Notes under the pieces: generated by a model
What the model saw: only the letters and a program-made list of their open reading frames with translations
Databases searched by the model: none
Told to the model about the DNA's origin: nothing
Made by a program: the position numbers and the translations under genes
Assembly: GCA_040218735.1 (NCBI GenBank)
Contig: JAVJQW010000043.1
Coordinates: forward strand, 64,001 to 128,000
Direction: 5' to 3'
Source of the DNA: Deltaproteobacteria bacterium
GTDB taxonomy: Bacteria; Myxococcota; Kuafuiibacteriia; Kuafuiibacteriales; Kuafuiibacteriaceae
DNA length: 64,000 nt
Shown: positions 30,378 through 39,394 of the stretch, one piece after another
Position numbering within the stretch: position 1 is the stretch's first letter
Layout of the letters: each line of letters begins with the position of its first letter

Positions 30378-32333
30378 TCAAGTCCGCTTGCGGTAGCGCT
30401 CTTTGCGCTCCTTGTTCAGCGTGCGGCGCACCTTCTTGGGGAGGTGGTTGTAGAGCGCGCCGAGGATGCGGTTCTGCCCGAGCTGCGAAGAGGCCTGCGC
30501 GAGGCGCCCGGTCTTGGTCACGTCGTCCGCGACGACCAGGAACGCGGCGTCCACGAGCGGCAGCAACAGGTTCGTGTCCGCGAAGGGCGTCACGGACGGG
30601 GCGTCGAGCACCGCGATGTCCACGGTGTTCACGAGCTCGGCGATCAGCGTCTTGAACCGCGGCGAGGCGAGCACCTCCCCCGGGTGCGGGTGTCGGCCCC
30701 CGGCCGGGAGGATGACGAGGTTGCGGTCCGCGATCTTGAGGACGGAGTTGGCGAGGTCCGCGCGGCCCTCCACCACGCCGAGCACGCCCTGCCGCTCGTC
30801 GATCCCCAGCAGCTCCGCGAACCGCGGGAAACGGAAGTCCGCCTCCATCAGCGCGACGCGCCGGTGCGTGTCCTCCGCCAACGCAAACGCGAGGTTCATC
30901 GCGGCGGTGGTCTTTCCGGTGAGCGGCTCGGGGCTCGTGACCATGTACGCGCGGTAGCCGAGGTTCTTCGCGAACTCCTCGATGCGCGCCGCGAGGAGGC
31001 GCGTCGACGTGGCGTAGGTGCCGTCCGGCTCCCGGAGGATCTGCGTCGCCGCGTCGTGTCCGGCCTTGGACGAGATCTCCTGGATGGTGCGGCGAACACC
31101 ACCGGCGACACCGTGGTCCTGCTTCCTTTGAATGGAACGCCTGCCCGTCGCCGCCGGGTCCGGTGCGCGTCGTCCGTCGTCTCCCCAGGCGTTGCCGCGA
31201 CGCGGGGTCGGGGCGGGCGCCGGTGCGGGAGCGGGCGCGCGGGCGTCACCCGGCGCGATCGTGTCTCCCCAGGCGTTGCGTTTCTTGTCGGCGGGGCGCT
31301 CGACGAGGGCGCGGTCGGCCGGGTCCCCCCACCGGTTGGCGGAGGGGAGGTCGTCGCTCGTCGGCATCGTCTGGTCCGCCGCACCGTCCCCCCACGCGTT
31401 CGACCCGCGGCTCGGCGTGGAGCGGGGCTCCAGCGGGATGACCTCCGCCGGGGTCGACGCGCCCGCGCCCGTGGCGAAGTCCGGCCGCGCGGACATCGAC
31501 GACTTGCCGGCCCCGGGCATCGGCGCCATCTGCGACTCGGGCTGCGCGAGCACCTCGGGGAGCGCGCCGGCGTTCGTCGGGCGCGGCTCGATCTTCTTGG
31601 CGCGGTCCCACGCGCTGCCGCTCTTCTTGGGTTTGCGTTCGTTGAACGGGACGGCGACCGGGCGGCCGTCCTGCCACTGGACGCCGATCGTCCGCTCTTC
31701 GTGGAGCGGCTCCTCACCGACGGGCTTCACGTCGACGTTCTCGAGCACCGGTTCGTTCAGCACCGACGGTGCGACCGGCGCGCGCTCACCGCGGAGGCGG
31801 CTGCGTGCGAGATCGCGGAGGTCGTCGGGCGGTCGATCGCCCGCGATGGTCGCCGCCTGCGACAGCTCGATCAGATCCTCGCTCGACGATTCGGCGGGGA
31901 GCATGTCCTCGCTGCGGAACTCGACCGGCTGCGCGTGCACGCTGGTGATCATGTCCGCTTCCTCCTCGGGGAGGACGAACGCGCCGGTCTCGCGGAGTTT
32001 GATCTGCTGTTCGACGACGTCGTCGTCGAGTGTGCCGGGGAAGAGGAGCAGCTCGGTGTTCGCCGCGCGGATCAGCGCGCCGCGGCGACCGGTCTGCGGA
32101 TGGGACCAACGACGGTCGACGGTGATGCGGTTGTCGGGCGACAGGGTGTGGATGCGCCACCGGCCGGCGTCGATCAGCACCAAGAAGTGACGAGGTGCGA
32201 TGTGGCGATCGTCGAGTACGAGATCGTTGTCGCGCGCGGCACCGACAGAGATGCGCTTGCGGACGGTCCTGAGCACGGCACCCTTGTTGGCGCCCTTGAG
32301 CACCGCCAACGAAAAGGGTTTTGGCTCGCTCAT
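30378..32333 (-). CDS. FHA domain + disordered linker + CpsD/CapB (BY-kinase-like) P-loop domain
   Basis: FHA-like ISVGAARDNDLVLDDRHIAPRH. Walker A VTSPEPLTGKTT, A' LMEADFRFP, B AVLDAP. Confidence 0.85.
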   Translation of the reverse strand: MSEPKPFSLAVLKGANKGAVLRTVRKRISVGAARDNDLVLDDRHIAPRHFLVLIDAGRWRIHTLSPDNRITVDRRWSHPQTGRRGALIRAANTELLLFPGTLDDDVVEQQIKLRETGAFVLPEEEADMITSVHAQPVEFRSEDMLPAESSSEDLIELSQAATIAGDRPPDDLRDLARSRLRGERAPVAPSVLNEPVLENVDVKPVGEEPLHEERTIGVQWQDGRPVAVPFNERKPKKSGSAWDRAKKIEPRPTNAGALPEVLAQPESQMAPMPGAGKSSMSARPDFATGAGASTPAEVIPLEPRSTPSRGSNAWGDGAADQTMPTSDDLPSANRWGDPADRALVERPADKKRNAWGDTIAPGDARAPAPAPAPAPTPRRGNAWGDDGRRAPDPAATGRRSIQRKQDHGVAGGVRRTIQEISSKAGHDAATQILREPDGTYATSTRLLAARIEEFAKNLGYRAYMVTSPEPLTGKTTAAMNLAFALAEDTHRRVALMEADFRFPRFAELLGIDERQGVLGVVEGRADLANSVLKIADRNLVILPAGGRHPHPGEVLASPRFKTLIAELVNTVDIAVLDAPSVTPFADTNLLLPLVDAAFLVVADDVTKTGRLAQASSQLGQNRILGALYNHLPKKVRRTLNKERKERYRKRT

Positions 32334-32464
32334 CGACCCACCCGGGCAGTTCCCGGCGCGAAAAAGCCTAGCCCGCTCGCCCACCGCCAGCAACAATCCG
32401 ACGCGGTCGTGACGGTTCGAGGCTCGCCATGGACTCGATCGCGGATACGGGTTAGGGGGAAGAC

Positions 32465-33073
32465 GTGCATCGAACCGCGCGTTTGGGGACGTTCGTGGGC
32501 GCGCTGCTCCTCGCAGGCTTCGGCTGCAGCAGCGTCTGTCCGGCCATCCCCCAGGCCGAAAAACAGACCTTCCTGTCCGTCCGGCCAGAGGAAGGCGGCT
32601 ACGTCATCGGGGCCAACGACGAGCTCCAGATCGAGGTCTGGCAGAACACTCAGCTGACCCGCCGCGTCCGCGTCCGGCCCGACGGCCGAATCACGCTGCC
32701 GCTGGTGAACGACGTCCAGGCCGCCGGGGACACGGTCCCGCAGTTTCAGAAGCGCCTGACGGAGGCCCTGAAGCACTACATCAAGGACCCGATCGTCAGC
32801 ATCACGGTCAGCAACTTCAGCCAGAAGCAGATCTTCATCCAGGGCCAGGTCCGCAACAGCGCCGCCTACGGCTACACGGGTGACATGCACCTGCTCCAGG
32901 CGCTGACCATCGCGGGGGGCGCTTCGCCGTTCGCGGAGGGGTGCGCGGTCATCGTGCGTCGCAAGGGCGAGGAGTTCGTCCGGTACGACGTCGAGCTGAT
33001 GCCGATCATCTCGGGCGAGAACCTGAAAGAAAACATCTCGCTCCAGCCGAACGACGTCGTTACCGTTCACTGA
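32465..33073 (+). CDS. Polysaccharide export (OPX/Wza-like) lipoprotein, short form
   Basis: Lipobox-type signal, YVIGANDELQIEVW, VRPDGRITLPLV, one SLBB-like domain ending LQPNDVVTV. Confidence 0.9.
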   Translation: MHRTARLGTFVGALLLAGFGCSSVCPAIPQAEKQTFLSVRPEEGGYVIGANDELQIEVWQNTQLTRRVRVRPDGRITLPLVNDVQAAGDTVPQFQKRLTEALKHYIKDPIVSITVSNFSQKQIFIQGQVRNSAAYGYTGDMHLLQALTIAGGASPFAEGCAVIVRRKGEEFVRYDVELMPIISGENLKENISLQPNDVVTVH

Positions 33074-34609
33074 GTGCTTCTCCAGCGCACGCCCTTCGCC
33101 CTGCTCGCGGCCGCGATGTCGGGCGCGTTCTACTTCCTCGGCTTCGTCGGCTTCGACATCTGGCCGCTGATCTTCATCTTCTGCGTCCCGGTGCTCCTCG
33201 CGCTGCGCGGGACGACGACGCGTCGCGCGCTGCTGCTCGGCGCGACCGCCGGCTTCGTCGCGAACCTCGGCGGCTACTACTGGGTCATCCACCTGCTGAA
33301 GGAGTTCGCCGGGCTGCCGCTGCCGCTCGCGCTCCTGGGGTACGTGCTCCTGTGTCTGTACCAGGGCTTCCTGGTCGGGCCGGTGATGGCGCTGGTGCGG
33401 ATCGCGGATCGGGATCTCCTTATCCCGCCGATCGTCGCGCTCCCGATCGCGTTCTGCGCGTTGGAGTGGGGCTACCCGCTCCTGTTCCCGAGTTACATCG
33501 GCAATGCGCTGTACCTCGCGCCGGTCCTCACGCAGACCGCCGACCTGTTCGGCATGTACACCCTCACCGTCCTGATCTGCGTCGTGAACGGCGCGATCTA
33601 CGCGGTGCTGACGTCGCGCCTCGACCGCGCGCCGCTCCCGATCAAACCGGCGATCGCCGGAGCCGTCGTGCTGGTGCTCTCCGTCGTCTACGGCTTCGTC
33701 CGCCTCGGGCAGGTCGAGGACACGATCACCTCCGCGCCCAAGTTGAAGACCGCGATGATCCAGACCAACCTCGGCGCGCGCGACAAAGCCGAGAAACGCA
33801 GTGAGTTCATCCGGCGCCACCAGGCGATGTCGCGCGAAGCGGTTGCCTCTCACCGCGACCTCGATCTGATCGTGTGGCCGGAGTCCGCGTACAACCGCTG
33901 GATCCCGCGCTCGACGGAGAACCTCAAGCTCGTCACCGGCGACCTCGGCGTCCCGCTGATCTTCGGCGCGCTGACCTGGGAACAGGGGCCCGACAAGGAG
34001 CGCTTCACGTACAACACCGCCGTCGCGACGTCCTCGACGGGCGCGGTGCTGGAGTACTTCGACAAGATCGAGCTGCTGATGTTCGGCGAGACGATCCCGC
34101 TGATCGAGACGTTCCCGCAGATCAAACGCTGGTTCCCGCGCAGCTCCACGTTCACGCGCGGCACGAACTTCTCGTCGTTCGAGATCGCCGGGACGACCGC
34201 GCTCCCGACGATCTGCTACGAGGACATCATCCCGTCGATCGTCCGCCGCATCTACAACCAAGGCGGCGGCGCCGAGGTGCTCGTGAACATCACGAACGAC
34301 TCCTGGTACGGCGACACCCACGAGCCGCTGATCCACCTCGTGCTCGCGACATTCCGGAGCATCGAGACGCGGCGCGCGATGATCCGCTCCACCAACACCG
34401 GCATCAGCGCGTTCATCGATCCCGCCGGACGCATCACGAAGCGCACGGGCCAGTGGACGAAGGAGATCCTCGTGCACGACGTCCCCCTCGTGAAGGACGG
34501 CGGTCGCACGGTCTACATGATCGTCGGCGACGTCGTCGCCTACGCGTCGGCGCTGCTGGTCGTCGTCGGGTGGTTCATGGCCCGACGAGCTCGCCGGCGT
34601 AGACGTTGA
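33074..34609 (+). CDS. lnt: Apolipoprotein N-acyltransferase
   Basis: Several TM helices followed by a nitrilase domain with WPESA, DKIELLMFGE, ICYED, NDSWYG and RSTNTGISA. Confidence 0.95.
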   Translation: MLLQRTPFALLAAAMSGAFYFLGFVGFDIWPLIFIFCVPVLLALRGTTTRRALLLGATAGFVANLGGYYWVIHLLKEFAGLPLPLALLGYVLLCLYQGFLVGPVMALVRIADRDLLIPPIVALPIAFCALEWGYPLLFPSYIGNALYLAPVLTQTADLFGMYTLTVLICVVNGAIYAVLTSRLDRAPLPIKPAIAGAVVLVLSVVYGFVRLGQVEDTITSAPKLKTAMIQTNLGARDKAEKRSEFIRRHQAMSREAVASHRDLDLIVWPESAYNRWIPRSTENLKLVTGDLGVPLIFGALTWEQGPDKERFTYNTAVATSSTGAVLEYFDKIELLMFGETIPLIETFPQIKRWFPRSSTFTRGTNFSSFEIAGTTALPTICYEDIIPSIVRRIYNQGGGAEVLVNITNDSWYGDTHEPLIHLVLATFRSIETRRAMIRSTNTGISAFIDPAGRITKRTGQWTKEILVHDVPLVKDGGRTVYMIVGDVVAYASALLVVVGWFMARRARRRRR

Positions 34610-35405
34610 GGTTGCCGCCGCGCACGAACCCGACGAGCCCCATGTTCGACGCGTTCGCGAGCTGCACCGCGAGGCTCGACGGCGCGCTCACCGCGGCCAC
34701 CGTCTGAATCCGCGCGACGAGCGCCTTCTGGATGATCTCGAACGACGTTCGTCCCGACACCATCAGCGTCGCGCCCCTCAGCGGGAGCAGCTCGCGCATC
34801 ATCAGGAAGCCGACGCACTTGTCGACGGCGTTGTGCCGGCCGACGTCCTCGCGCGCGACGACGAGCTGCCCGTCCGCGTCGAACACCGCCGCGCCGTGCA
34901 GGCCGCCGGTCGAGTCGAAGACCTGCTGCGCGGCGCGCAGGCGATCCGGGAGCGGGAGGATCCTGTCCGCGACGATCTCGGGCGCGCGCTCGAAGGGCGG
35001 GGCGTTGCTGTGCAGCGCCTCGATGCTCCGTTTGCCGCAGACGCCGCAGCTCGCGGAGGTGACGGTGGCGCGCTCGGCGCGACGCTGACCGAGGAGGGCC
35101 TCCGCGCTCTCGCGGACCGAGCCGATCAGCCGCACCTCGACGATGTTCTCCGGCTCGTCGGCGTCCGCGCTCGTGCAGTGGCGGATGCTCTCGAGGTCGT
35201 CGCTGCTGCGGATGATCTCCTCGGCGCACAGAAACCCGGCGGCGAGCTCCATGTCGTGTCCGGGCGTGCGCATCACGACGGCGAGGGCCTCGCCGTGCAG
35301 GCGGATCTCGAGGGGCTCCTCGGCGGCGACGGTGTCCGAGCGGGACAGGTAGCCGCCGTCCTGGAGGGCCTGCACACCGACGTCGTGCGTCATGGAGAGC
35401 GGCAT
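34575..35405 (-). CDS. fdhD: Formate dehydrogenase accessory sulfurtransferase FdhD
   Basis: EEPLEI, MRTPG, SCGVCG, TGGLH, REDVGRHNAVDK, SGRTSFE. Start is 35405 or 35393. Confidence 0.95.
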   Translation of the reverse strand: MPLSMTHDVGVQALQDGGYLSRSDTVAAEEPLEIRLHGEALAVVMRTPGHDMELAAGFLCAEEIIRSSDDLESIRHCTSADADEPENIVEVRLIGSVRESAEALLGQRRAERATVTSASCGVCGKRSIEALHSNAPPFERAPEIVADRILPLPDRLRAAQQVFDSTGGLHGAAVFDADGQLVVAREDVGRHNAVDKCVGFLMMRELLPLRGATLMVSGRTSFEIIQKALVARIQTVAAVSAPSSLAVQLANASNMGLVGFVRGGNLNVYAGELVGP

Positions 35406-35478
35406 GGTCGTCAAAGCGTAGCGAGGCCGATTCGCGCTGGCAAAACGCGATCGCACTTTGCTACGACCGCCGGACTTC

Positions 35479-36822
35479 ATGGTCTCAGCAGCCCAGACGT
35501 CGGCACCCGCCGGCGCCAGCAAGATGCCCAAGGGCATCCCGTTCATCATCGGCAACGAGGCCGCGGAACGTTTCTCCTACTACGGGATGCGCGGCATCCT
35601 CGTCGTCTTCATGACGCAGTACCTCCTCGACCAGTCGGGGGCGCTCGCGGTCATGCCCGAGGCGGAGGCGAAGGGCTGGTACCACACCTTCAGCTCGGCG
35701 GTGTACGCGTTCCCGATCCTCGGCGCGCTCCTGAGCGATGCGTGGCTCGGCAAGTACAAGACGATCCTCGGCTTCTCGATCATCTACTGCCTCGGGCACC
35801 TCGCGCTCGCGCTGGACGAGACGCGCATGGGGCTGTCGGTCGGATTGGGGCTGATCGCGCTCGGGTCGGGCGGGATCAAACCGTGTGTGTCGGCGTACGT
35901 CGGCGACCAGTTCGGGGAGGGCAACCAACACCTGATGAGTCGGGTGTTCAGCTGGTTCTACTTCTCGATCAACTTCGGCTCGTTCTTCGCGACGATGCTC
36001 ACGCCGTGGCTCCTCAAGAACTACGGCCCGCAGGTCGCGTTCGGCGTGCCCGGCGGCCTGATGCTGCTCGCGACGATCATCTTCGTGATGGGCACGAAGA
36101 GCTACAAGAACGCGCCCCCGAAGGGGATGCAGTTCGTGAAGGAGGCCTTCAGCCGCGAAGGCCTCGTCGCGATCGGCAAGCTCGCGTTGGTGATGTTGTT
36201 CCTCGCGCCCTACTACGCGCTCTTCGAGCAGCAGGGCTCGTCGTGGATCCTCCAGGCGAAGCAGATGGACCTCTCGCTCCCGCTCGTCGGCGAGCTGCTC
36301 CCGTCGCAGATCCACTCCGTGAACCCGCTGCTGGTGATGGTCTACATCCCGCTGTTCACGTACGTGGTGTACCCCGCGTTCGAGAAGTTCTGGCCGTTGA
36401 ACCCGCTGCGGAAGATCGGGCTCGGGTTCTTCGTGGTGGCGTCGTCGTTTGCGGTCTGCGGCTTCGTCGAGACCATGATCGCGGGGGGCGCACGGCCCTC
36501 GATCTGGTGGCAGCTGCTCGCCTACGCGCTGATCACCGCGGGTGAGATTCTGATCTCCGTCACCGCGCTGGAGTTCTTCTACACGCAGGCGCCGCGCAAG
36601 ATGAAGTCGGCGATCATGTCGATCAAGATGTTCTCGGTGTCGCTCGGCAACGGCGTCACGGCGGTGGTGAACTTCATGATCCTGAACGACGACGGCTCGT
36701 CGAAGCTCCCCGGCGCGACGTACTTCTGGTTCTTCGTCGGCATGATGGTGCTGACGGGGGTGTTGTTCATCCCCGTGGCGAAGGCCTACGAGATCAAGAA
36801 CTACATGCAGGAAGGCGAGTAG
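35479..36822 (+). CDS. POT/PTR-family proton-dependent oligopeptide transporter
   Basis: NEAAERFSYYG (ExxERFxYY), GGIKPCV and FYFSINFGS motifs. Confidence 0.93.
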   Translation: MVSAAQTSAPAGASKMPKGIPFIIGNEAAERFSYYGMRGILVVFMTQYLLDQSGALAVMPEAEAKGWYHTFSSAVYAFPILGALLSDAWLGKYKTILGFSIIYCLGHLALALDETRMGLSVGLGLIALGSGGIKPCVSAYVGDQFGEGNQHLMSRVFSWFYFSINFGSFFATMLTPWLLKNYGPQVAFGVPGGLMLLATIIFVMGTKSYKNAPPKGMQFVKEAFSREGLVAIGKLALVMLFLAPYYALFEQQGSSWILQAKQMDLSLPLVGELLPSQIHSVNPLLVMVYIPLFTYVVYPAFEKFWPLNPLRKIGLGFFVVASSFAVCGFVETMIAGGARPSIWWQLLAYALITAGEILISVTALEFFYTQAPRKMKSAIMSIKMFSVSLGNGVTAVVNFMILNDDGSSKLPGATYFWFFVGMMVLTGVLFIPVAKAYEIKNYMQEGE

Positions 36823-37895
36823 TGCGCCGCGCGGCGATCGCGCTGCTGTTCGCCGCCGGCTGCGCGCCGCAGGCCGCCATCCCCTACGACCTGGCGCGGG
36901 TCGAGACCGCGCCTTCGCCGCGTCACGATCGCGTGATCGCGATCCTGCCGCTCGAGGACGGCCGCAAGGTGAACGAGGCGCCCGACAAGAAGGGGCGCTT
37001 CGTCTACAACCGCACCGAGTACGCCGGGACGCGCCTCGACGATCTCCCCGGCAACCCGATGTGGCGCGTGACGGAGGTGCTCGGACAACACCTCGCGCGG
37101 ACGAACCACTTCGCGAAGGTGCTGCTCGTGTTGAGCCGCGACCAGGCGCCGGAGGCGGACCTGTTCCTCACCGGGACCGTGCTGCGCGCGCGCGGGTACG
37201 TGGAGGCCAACGCGCCCGACAAGAAGTCGGGGCGCCCCGAGAACGAGCGGAAGATCCTGTCGGAGGTGCTGCTCGAGGACCTGCGCATCGTCGATCGCGA
37301 GGGGCGGCGGCTGATGGACGTGAGCGTGGGGTGGTCCTCGACGTCGAAGGAGCTCGTGCCCGAGGGGCAGACGATCGACCCCTGGCGGGTGCTCGCGAAG
37401 TCGATGCGCGTGGCGATCACCGACTTCGCCGACGTGATCGCGAAGGCGGATCTCTCGGGGGCGTTCGTGGTGGAGGACGAGGTGGCGATGACCGACACCG
37501 CGACCACCGGCTTCGCGGCGCTGGAGGGGGCGACACCTTCGGGGTGGAAGTTCACGGCGACGTCGTCGACGTCGGCGCCGATCGGGTGGACCGGCAAGCC
37601 AGCTTGCAAGCAGGTTCGCTTTCAGCAGCGGCAGACCGTGCGCTTTCACCGCTTCCTCGGCCCGTACCGTCCAAGGGTCGTGGTGTGGTCGTGCCCGGAC
37701 ACGGTCGCGTTTTCGTACGACGCGAAGGCGGACTTCCCGGCGAAGTTCGTGGGGACGCGCGGGCGGGCGCGGTTCTTCGTGCACCGGGTGGGCGAGAGCA
37801 ACTGGCCGAAGGCGGAGGAGCAGGTGAGGACGCGCCTCGGCGCGCGACAGCCGCAGCGCAGGCACGTCTTCGAGCTGCCGGCCGCTCCCCCCTGA
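36822..37895 (+). CDS. Hypothetical lipoprotein
   Basis: Lipobox AAGC, 1-bp overlap with the POT stop codon. Confidence 0.7.
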   Translation: MRRAAIALLFAAGCAPQAAIPYDLARVETAPSPRHDRVIAILPLEDGRKVNEAPDKKGRFVYNRTEYAGTRLDDLPGNPMWRVTEVLGQHLARTNHFAKVLLVLSRDQAPEADLFLTGTVLRARGYVEANAPDKKSGRPENERKILSEVLLEDLRIVDREGRRLMDVSVGWSSTSKELVPEGQTIDPWRVLAKSMRVAITDFADVIAKADLSGAFVVEDEVAMTDTATTGFAALEGATPSGWKFTATSSTSAPIGWTGKPACKQVRFQQRQTVRFHRFLGPYRPRVVVWSCPDTVAFSYDAKADFPAKFVGTRGRARFFVHRVGESNWPKAEEQVRTRLGARQPQRRHVFELPAAPP

Positions 37896-37900
37896 CATGG

Positions 37901-38068
37901 TCAGTTACACGCGATCGCGAGGTCCAGCTCGCCGATCATGTGTCCGCGCGCGGGGCTGTCGAAGAAGCCGGAGACGGCGATCGACTTGTTCGTCGGCAGG
38001 CCGCCGTAGACGGTCGAGCTCTCGATGTTGGCGGTTCACGCCGGGAGGAGGGGGAGGAGGAGGCGAGT
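37901..38068 (-). pseudogene. Possible gene relic
   Basis: Minus-strand frame RLLLPLLPA*TANIESSTVYGGLPTNKSIAVSGFFDSPARGHMIGELDLAIACN* has host-like GC3 bias, an in-frame TGA and no clear start. Confidence 0.3.
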
Positions 38069-38223
38069 CGAGTCAGCGTCATGTAGCGGCATATGCCGCG
38101 GCATGTGGGGATCTCAAGCCTCCACCAGGCCCGCAGGGGGCCGTTTGACGCCCCGACGATGCGCAATTGATGCCCTTCCGACTATCTCTGAACCCTTGAT
38201 GGTGGCAAGAACAGGGCCAGCGC

Positions 38224-39375
38224 ATGTCGTCGGCGGCGGGAGCGTTTGGGCGGTACGAGCTCGTTCGCAAGATCGCGGACGGAGGCATGGCCTCCATTTA
38301 TCTCGCGACGACGCAGGGGCCCGGTGGCTTCGCCAAGCCGTGCGTGATCAAACGCATTCGTCCTGAATACTCCGCGGCACCAAGCTTCCGCGAGATGCTC
38401 GTGCGCGAAGCCAAGGTCGCCGCGCTCCTCAGCCATCCGAACATCGTCCAGGTCTTCGACTTCGGTGAGGTCGACGGCGAGTACTTCCTCACGATGGAGT
38501 ACGTGGAAGGGATGCCGCTCTCGCGCCTCATTACGCGCGAGTGGCGAGCCCAGCGCAGGCTGCCCATCCCCGTCGCGTTGTCGGTCGCGCTCGAGATCGC
38601 GCGTGCGCTCGAGTACATCGCGGTTGGCGTCACGGTCGACGGTCAGCTCACGAAGATCGTCCACCGCGACGTCTCGCCGAGCAACGTGCTCGTCGCCACC
38701 ACCGGCGCGGTGAAGCTGACGGACTTCGGCATCGTCAAGGTGCTCGAAGCGTCCGCCGCGACGGTCGCCGGCGTCATCAAGGGCAAGTACGCGTACATGT
38801 CCCCCGAGCAACTGGGAGGTCGCGCGCTGGACATCCGATCCGATCTCTTCTCGTTGGGCGTCGTCCTGTTCGAGTCGTTGACCTCCAAGCGGCTCTTCCG
38901 ACGTCCGGACGTGGCCGCGACGATCGCGGCCGTGCTCGGTGCGCAGGTCCCGGCGGTGTCGTCGCTCGTGCCCGAGGTGCCGCCCGAGGTCGACGCGATC
39001 GTCGCGCGGGCCCTCGCCAAGGATCCGGATGCTCGTTACGCGCACGCATCCGATCTCATCGCGGATCTCGAAGCGGCCCTCGCGATCCTCCCGGACCAAC
39101 GCCACGCGGATCGTCAGCGCGCCGAGGTCGTGAACCGCAACGTCGTCGGACGGGACATCGACGTCGACGACACCGTCTCGACGACACCCTCTCCGCTGGG
39201 CGACGCGCTCCTGGGGGACGTCCCCCTCGTCGCGGAGCCCCTTTGGCCAGGCACGGTCGTGGCCGCATTCGAATCCGACGATGTGAGCGCGGGTGGCGCG
39301 TCTTGGTGGATGTTGGCGGCCGTACTCCTCGCCGCCGTCATGTCCCTCGCGTTCTGGCTGTTCGTCCTCGACTGA
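38224..39375 (+). CDS. Hanks-type Ser/Thr protein kinase with C-terminal TM anchor
   Basis: IADGGMASIY, VIKRI, HRDVSPSN, DFG, YMSPEQ, terminal hydrophobic helix. Confidence 0.93.
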   Translation: MSSAAGAFGRYELVRKIADGGMASIYLATTQGPGGFAKPCVIKRIRPEYSAAPSFREMLVREAKVAALLSHPNIVQVFDFGEVDGEYFLTMEYVEGMPLSRLITREWRAQRRLPIPVALSVALEIARALEYIAVGVTVDGQLTKIVHRDVSPSNVLVATTGAVKLTDFGIVKVLEASAATVAGVIKGKYAYMSPEQLGGRALDIRSDLFSLGVVLFESLTSKRLFRRPDVAATIAAVLGAQVPAVSSLVPEVPPEVDAIVARALAKDPDARYAHASDLIADLEAALAILPDQRHADRQRAEVVNRNVVGRDIDVDDTVSTTPSPLGDALLGDVPLVAEPLWPGTVVAAFESDDVSAGGASWWMLAAVLLAAVMSLAFWLFVLD

Positions 39376-39394
39376 CTCGCTTTGGAGGCTTGCG

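Noticed and set aside
34575-35405. fdhD without formate dehydrogenase genes
   Set aside because: Isolated fdhD genes are common and all its motifs are canonical.
38036-38038. In-frame TGA as selenocysteine or readthrough
   Set aside because: No start codon, redox motif or recognisable SECIS-like hairpin supports it. A relic is the simpler explanation.
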